NCBI RefSeq assembly: GCF_006345805.1
Contig: NW_021827173.1
Location: forward strand, 1-10,999
Length of the DNA: 10,999 nt
From: Octopus sinensis
Taxonomy: Eukaryota
Direction: 5' to 3'
Of the stretch, positions 8,344-10,999 are shown piece after piece. Position 1 is the first letter of the stretch. Each line of letters begins with the position of its first letter. The translations under genes and the position numbers were made by a program. The notes under the pieces were generated by a model that was given only the letters and a program-made list of their open reading frames with translations, was not told where the DNA came from and made no database searches.

Positions 8344-8545
8344 CGGCAAAATGCTTAGCGGCATTTCGTCTGCCGTTACGTTCTGAGTTCGAATTCCGCT
8401 GAGATCGACTTTGCTTTTCATCCTTTCGGGGTCGATAAATTAAGTACCAGTTACGCACTAGGGTCGATATAATCGACTTAATCCGTCTGTCTGTCCATGT
8501 TTGTCTCCTCTGTGTTTAGCCCCTTGTGGGTAGTAAAGAAATAGG
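8344..8545 (+). mobile_element. tRNA-derived SINE, family 2 (5'-truncated; CORE-like central block suspected)
   Basis: B-box GTTCGAATTC at 8387-8396, followed by TTTCATCCTTTCGGGGTCGATAAATTAAGTACCAG. Homologous to the minus-strand copy at 6630-6787. The CORE assignment is from memory and unverified. Confidence 0.85.
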
Positions 8546-9179
8546 TTTTCACTAGGTCTTATATTTTTTGCCCCCCCCCCCCCCACACATACGCACACAT
8601 AAACAAACACTCGCACACACATATGATAACTGAAGCTTGATTTCTATCATTGCAATCGCTTGATGGTTCATTTGAAGCAACACGATAGCAACTTTGCAGT
8701 CCTTTTAGAGAATTTACATCAATCACACAGATGAGGCAACAATTGACGTGTCTTGCAGCGAGTGCTTTGCACGGGGCCAATGTCGCTCTTTGAAAAATGC
8801 ATGCATTTGCCCCGCCCCCAAAAGAACTAGACTAAATCATTCGATGCAAAAAAGGTTGAAGCTTTCCCTCTTCTGGAAAGATGTCTAAATAAAGTCTAGG
8901 GATCCCTCACACCAGACTGTTGGATGGTCATTGACTCAACAGAGTTCAATCCTCCTCTGATAGGCTTTGGTTTTTGTCCTGAAAAGAGTGCAACGCAAAA
9001 CCACCCTCCTTACCAAGCAAGCCCAGTTTATTCTCCGACGGCCATATATATAATATTAGACAGTTTTAGTGCTTCTGGCAACACCTTACCAAGTACTACC
9101 ATTTGCATGGTCGAGCCGTCGGTGAATAATGTAACCACGTGTGAATCGTTGGCGATTATTTTTCCTCTCCGTTATCCTT

Positions 9180-9334
9180 TTCGATTTCCTCTGTTTCCTG
9201 TTTCTGAAGAACAGTTTTGCTCGAAACGTAAAATCACCTTTCTTTCCTTCCCTGAGCGTCGACTAATACTTTACATATACCACGTCCTATGTTGATGTTG
9301 TTTTGTGTTTCTTCTTCGTTTTTTAAAAATTTAC
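9180..9334 (+). mobile_element. Related Penelope-like terminal-repeat remnant, copy 3, with hammerhead-like motif
   Basis: TTT-CTGAAGA-A-CAGTTTTGCTC-GAAAC-GTA-AAA (9201-9233), then CCTGAGCGTCGACTAATAC and TCTTCGTTTTT, then a (TA)n tail at 9335-9358. Inverted relative to copies 1 and 2. Confidence 0.55.
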
Positions 9335-9503
9335 TATATATATATATATATATATATACGCACACACACACACACGGTCACATACACACGCACACATTCC
9401 TATGCATCCACATACTCGCGCACGCACGTAGACACACTTATACAATCAACTGTTCTCGCATCTTGGACGGTGCTACCACTACAAAGAGATATCCTAAACT
9501 GCA

Positions 9504-9630
<127 letters not shown>

Positions 9631-9802
9631 ATGTACGTAGTACATACATACATACGTATTTATGTATGCATGTATGTATGTATATATGTTTGTATGTATG
9701 TATGTAAGTATATATATACATATATGTATGTATTTATATATATGTATATGTATATGAAAATGTATATATATATATATATATGTGTGTTTGTATGTATGTA
9801 TA

Positions 9803-9957
9803 GGCGTAGCTGGGTTGTAAGAAGCTTGCTTCCCAACAACATGGTTCCAGGTTCAGTTCGCTGCGTGGCACCTTAGGGAAGTATCTTCTATTATAACCTT
9901 CGGCCAACGAAAGCCTTGTTAGTTGATTTGATAGACGAAAACTGAAAGATGCCCGTC

Positions 9958-10045
<88 letters not shown>

Positions 10046-10312
10046 TGTGTGTGTGAGTGCGTGTGTGAGTGTGTGTTTGTGTGTGTTTGTGTGTGTGTTT
10101 TAGTGCGTGTGTGTGTTTGTCTCCACCCACCATTGCTTGACAACCGATGTTGTTGGGTTTACGTCCCCGTAACTTACCGGTTCAGCAGAAGAACCGATAG
10201 AATAAGCAGCAGGCTTATAAAGAAGAAGTCCAGGGTTCGATTTCTTCGACGAAAAGGCGGTGCTCCAACGTGGCCACAGTCAATTGACTGAAACAAGTAA
10301 AAGAATAAAAGA
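9803..10312 (+). mobile_element. tRNA-derived SINE, family 1, copy C
   Basis: Starts GGCGTAGCTGGGTTGTAAG, B-box-like GGTTCAGTTCG at 9850-9860, internal microsatellite 9959-10119, ends ACTGAAACAAGTAAAAGAATAAAAGA. Collinear with copies A and B. Confidence 0.9.
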
Positions 10313-10385
10313 TTAACGGAACACACATAGATGCACAAAGGGATATTTCTGTACCTTTTCCATAAATAACCATAGTGTGTAAAAG

Positions 10386-10437
10386 ACAACAACAACGTCA
10401 ATAACAGTAATAATAATAATAACAATAGTAATAATAA
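10386..10437. repeat. Degenerate (AAC)n/(AAT)n tract
   Basis: Direct reading. Confidence 0.8.
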
Positions 10438-10515
10438 ATGGTACTAAACAAACTAAAAAAAAAACCAAGCTAGATAACATGGCATTACATTGGCCATTTT
10501 TGCTCTATTTCGCAG

Positions 10516-10620
10516 AGTAAGTTGCGTTGTTTGCTGTCGGCTGTAATCCAAGAACCTGTTAACATCGATACTGTGCTGACATGTCACGCCAAGATCATGT
10601 ACATGGATAGAAAATACTGA
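10516..10620 (+). CDS. Candidate terminal coding exon E
   Basis: Strong acceptor ccatttttgctctatttcgcag|. Phase-0 reading SKLRCLLSAVIQEPVNIDTVLTCHAKIMYMDRKY* with TGA at 10618-10620. Confidence 0.35.
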   Translation, partial: SKLRCLLSAVIQEPVNIDTVLTCHAKIMYMDRKY

Positions 10621-10650
10621 GTAGTTTCCAGATATCATGCTTGTATATTT

Positions 10651-10873
10651 GTATGTATGTATGTATGTATGTATGTATGTATGTATGTATGTATGTATGT
10701 ATGTATGTATGTATGTATGTATGTATGTATGTATGTATGTATGTGTGTGTATGTATGTATGTATGTATGTGTGTATGTATGTATGCGTGTATGTATGTAG
10801 GTATGTATGTATGTATGCATGTATGTATCTATGTATTTATGTATGTATGTATGTATGTATGTATGTATGTATG

Positions 10874-10903
<30 letters not shown>
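10651..10903. repeat. Long (GTAT)n microsatellite with a few interruptions
   Basis: Direct reading. Confidence 0.97.
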
Positions 10904-10907
<4 letters not shown>

Positions 10908-10999
10908 ATGCTGAAGTAATGGTAGCTAATGACATTATCAAGATTATACACGTGTGTATATATATCTATGTATGAGTATATACATACGCACAGACAGAC

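Noticed and set aside
8571-8584. C14 run as a G-quadruplex or regulatory site
   Set aside because: An isolated homopolymer of uncertain sequenced length with no supporting context.
8924-9295. 123-aa ORF
   Set aside because: It runs into the PLE-like repeat and shows no recognisable motif or splice support.

Overview
Eukaryotic, AT-rich and repeat-dense DNA with many microsatellites. The SINE families and repeat landscape look like a coleoid cephalopod, probably an octopus; this is recognition from memory, not a database match. Nearly all ORFs in the supplied track are microsatellite artefacts. Best-supported content: (1) a decayed ~1.24 kb Tc1/mariner transposon at 2190-3426 whose reconstructed transposase has a DD36E triad (Incomer-type); (2) three copies of one tRNA-derived SINE, each carrying an internal (TA)n(TG)n tract, and two inverted copies of a second SINE; (3) three remnants of a Penelope-like terminal repeat carrying minimal hammerhead-ribozyme-like motifs; (4) many simple repeats, including a perfect 78-bp palindrome. 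More tentatively, six short non-repetitive + strand islands with consensus splice sites can be chained in frame into an unidentified ~135-aa protein C-terminal part, so the window may be mostly intronic. No prokaryotic system or CRISPR array is present.
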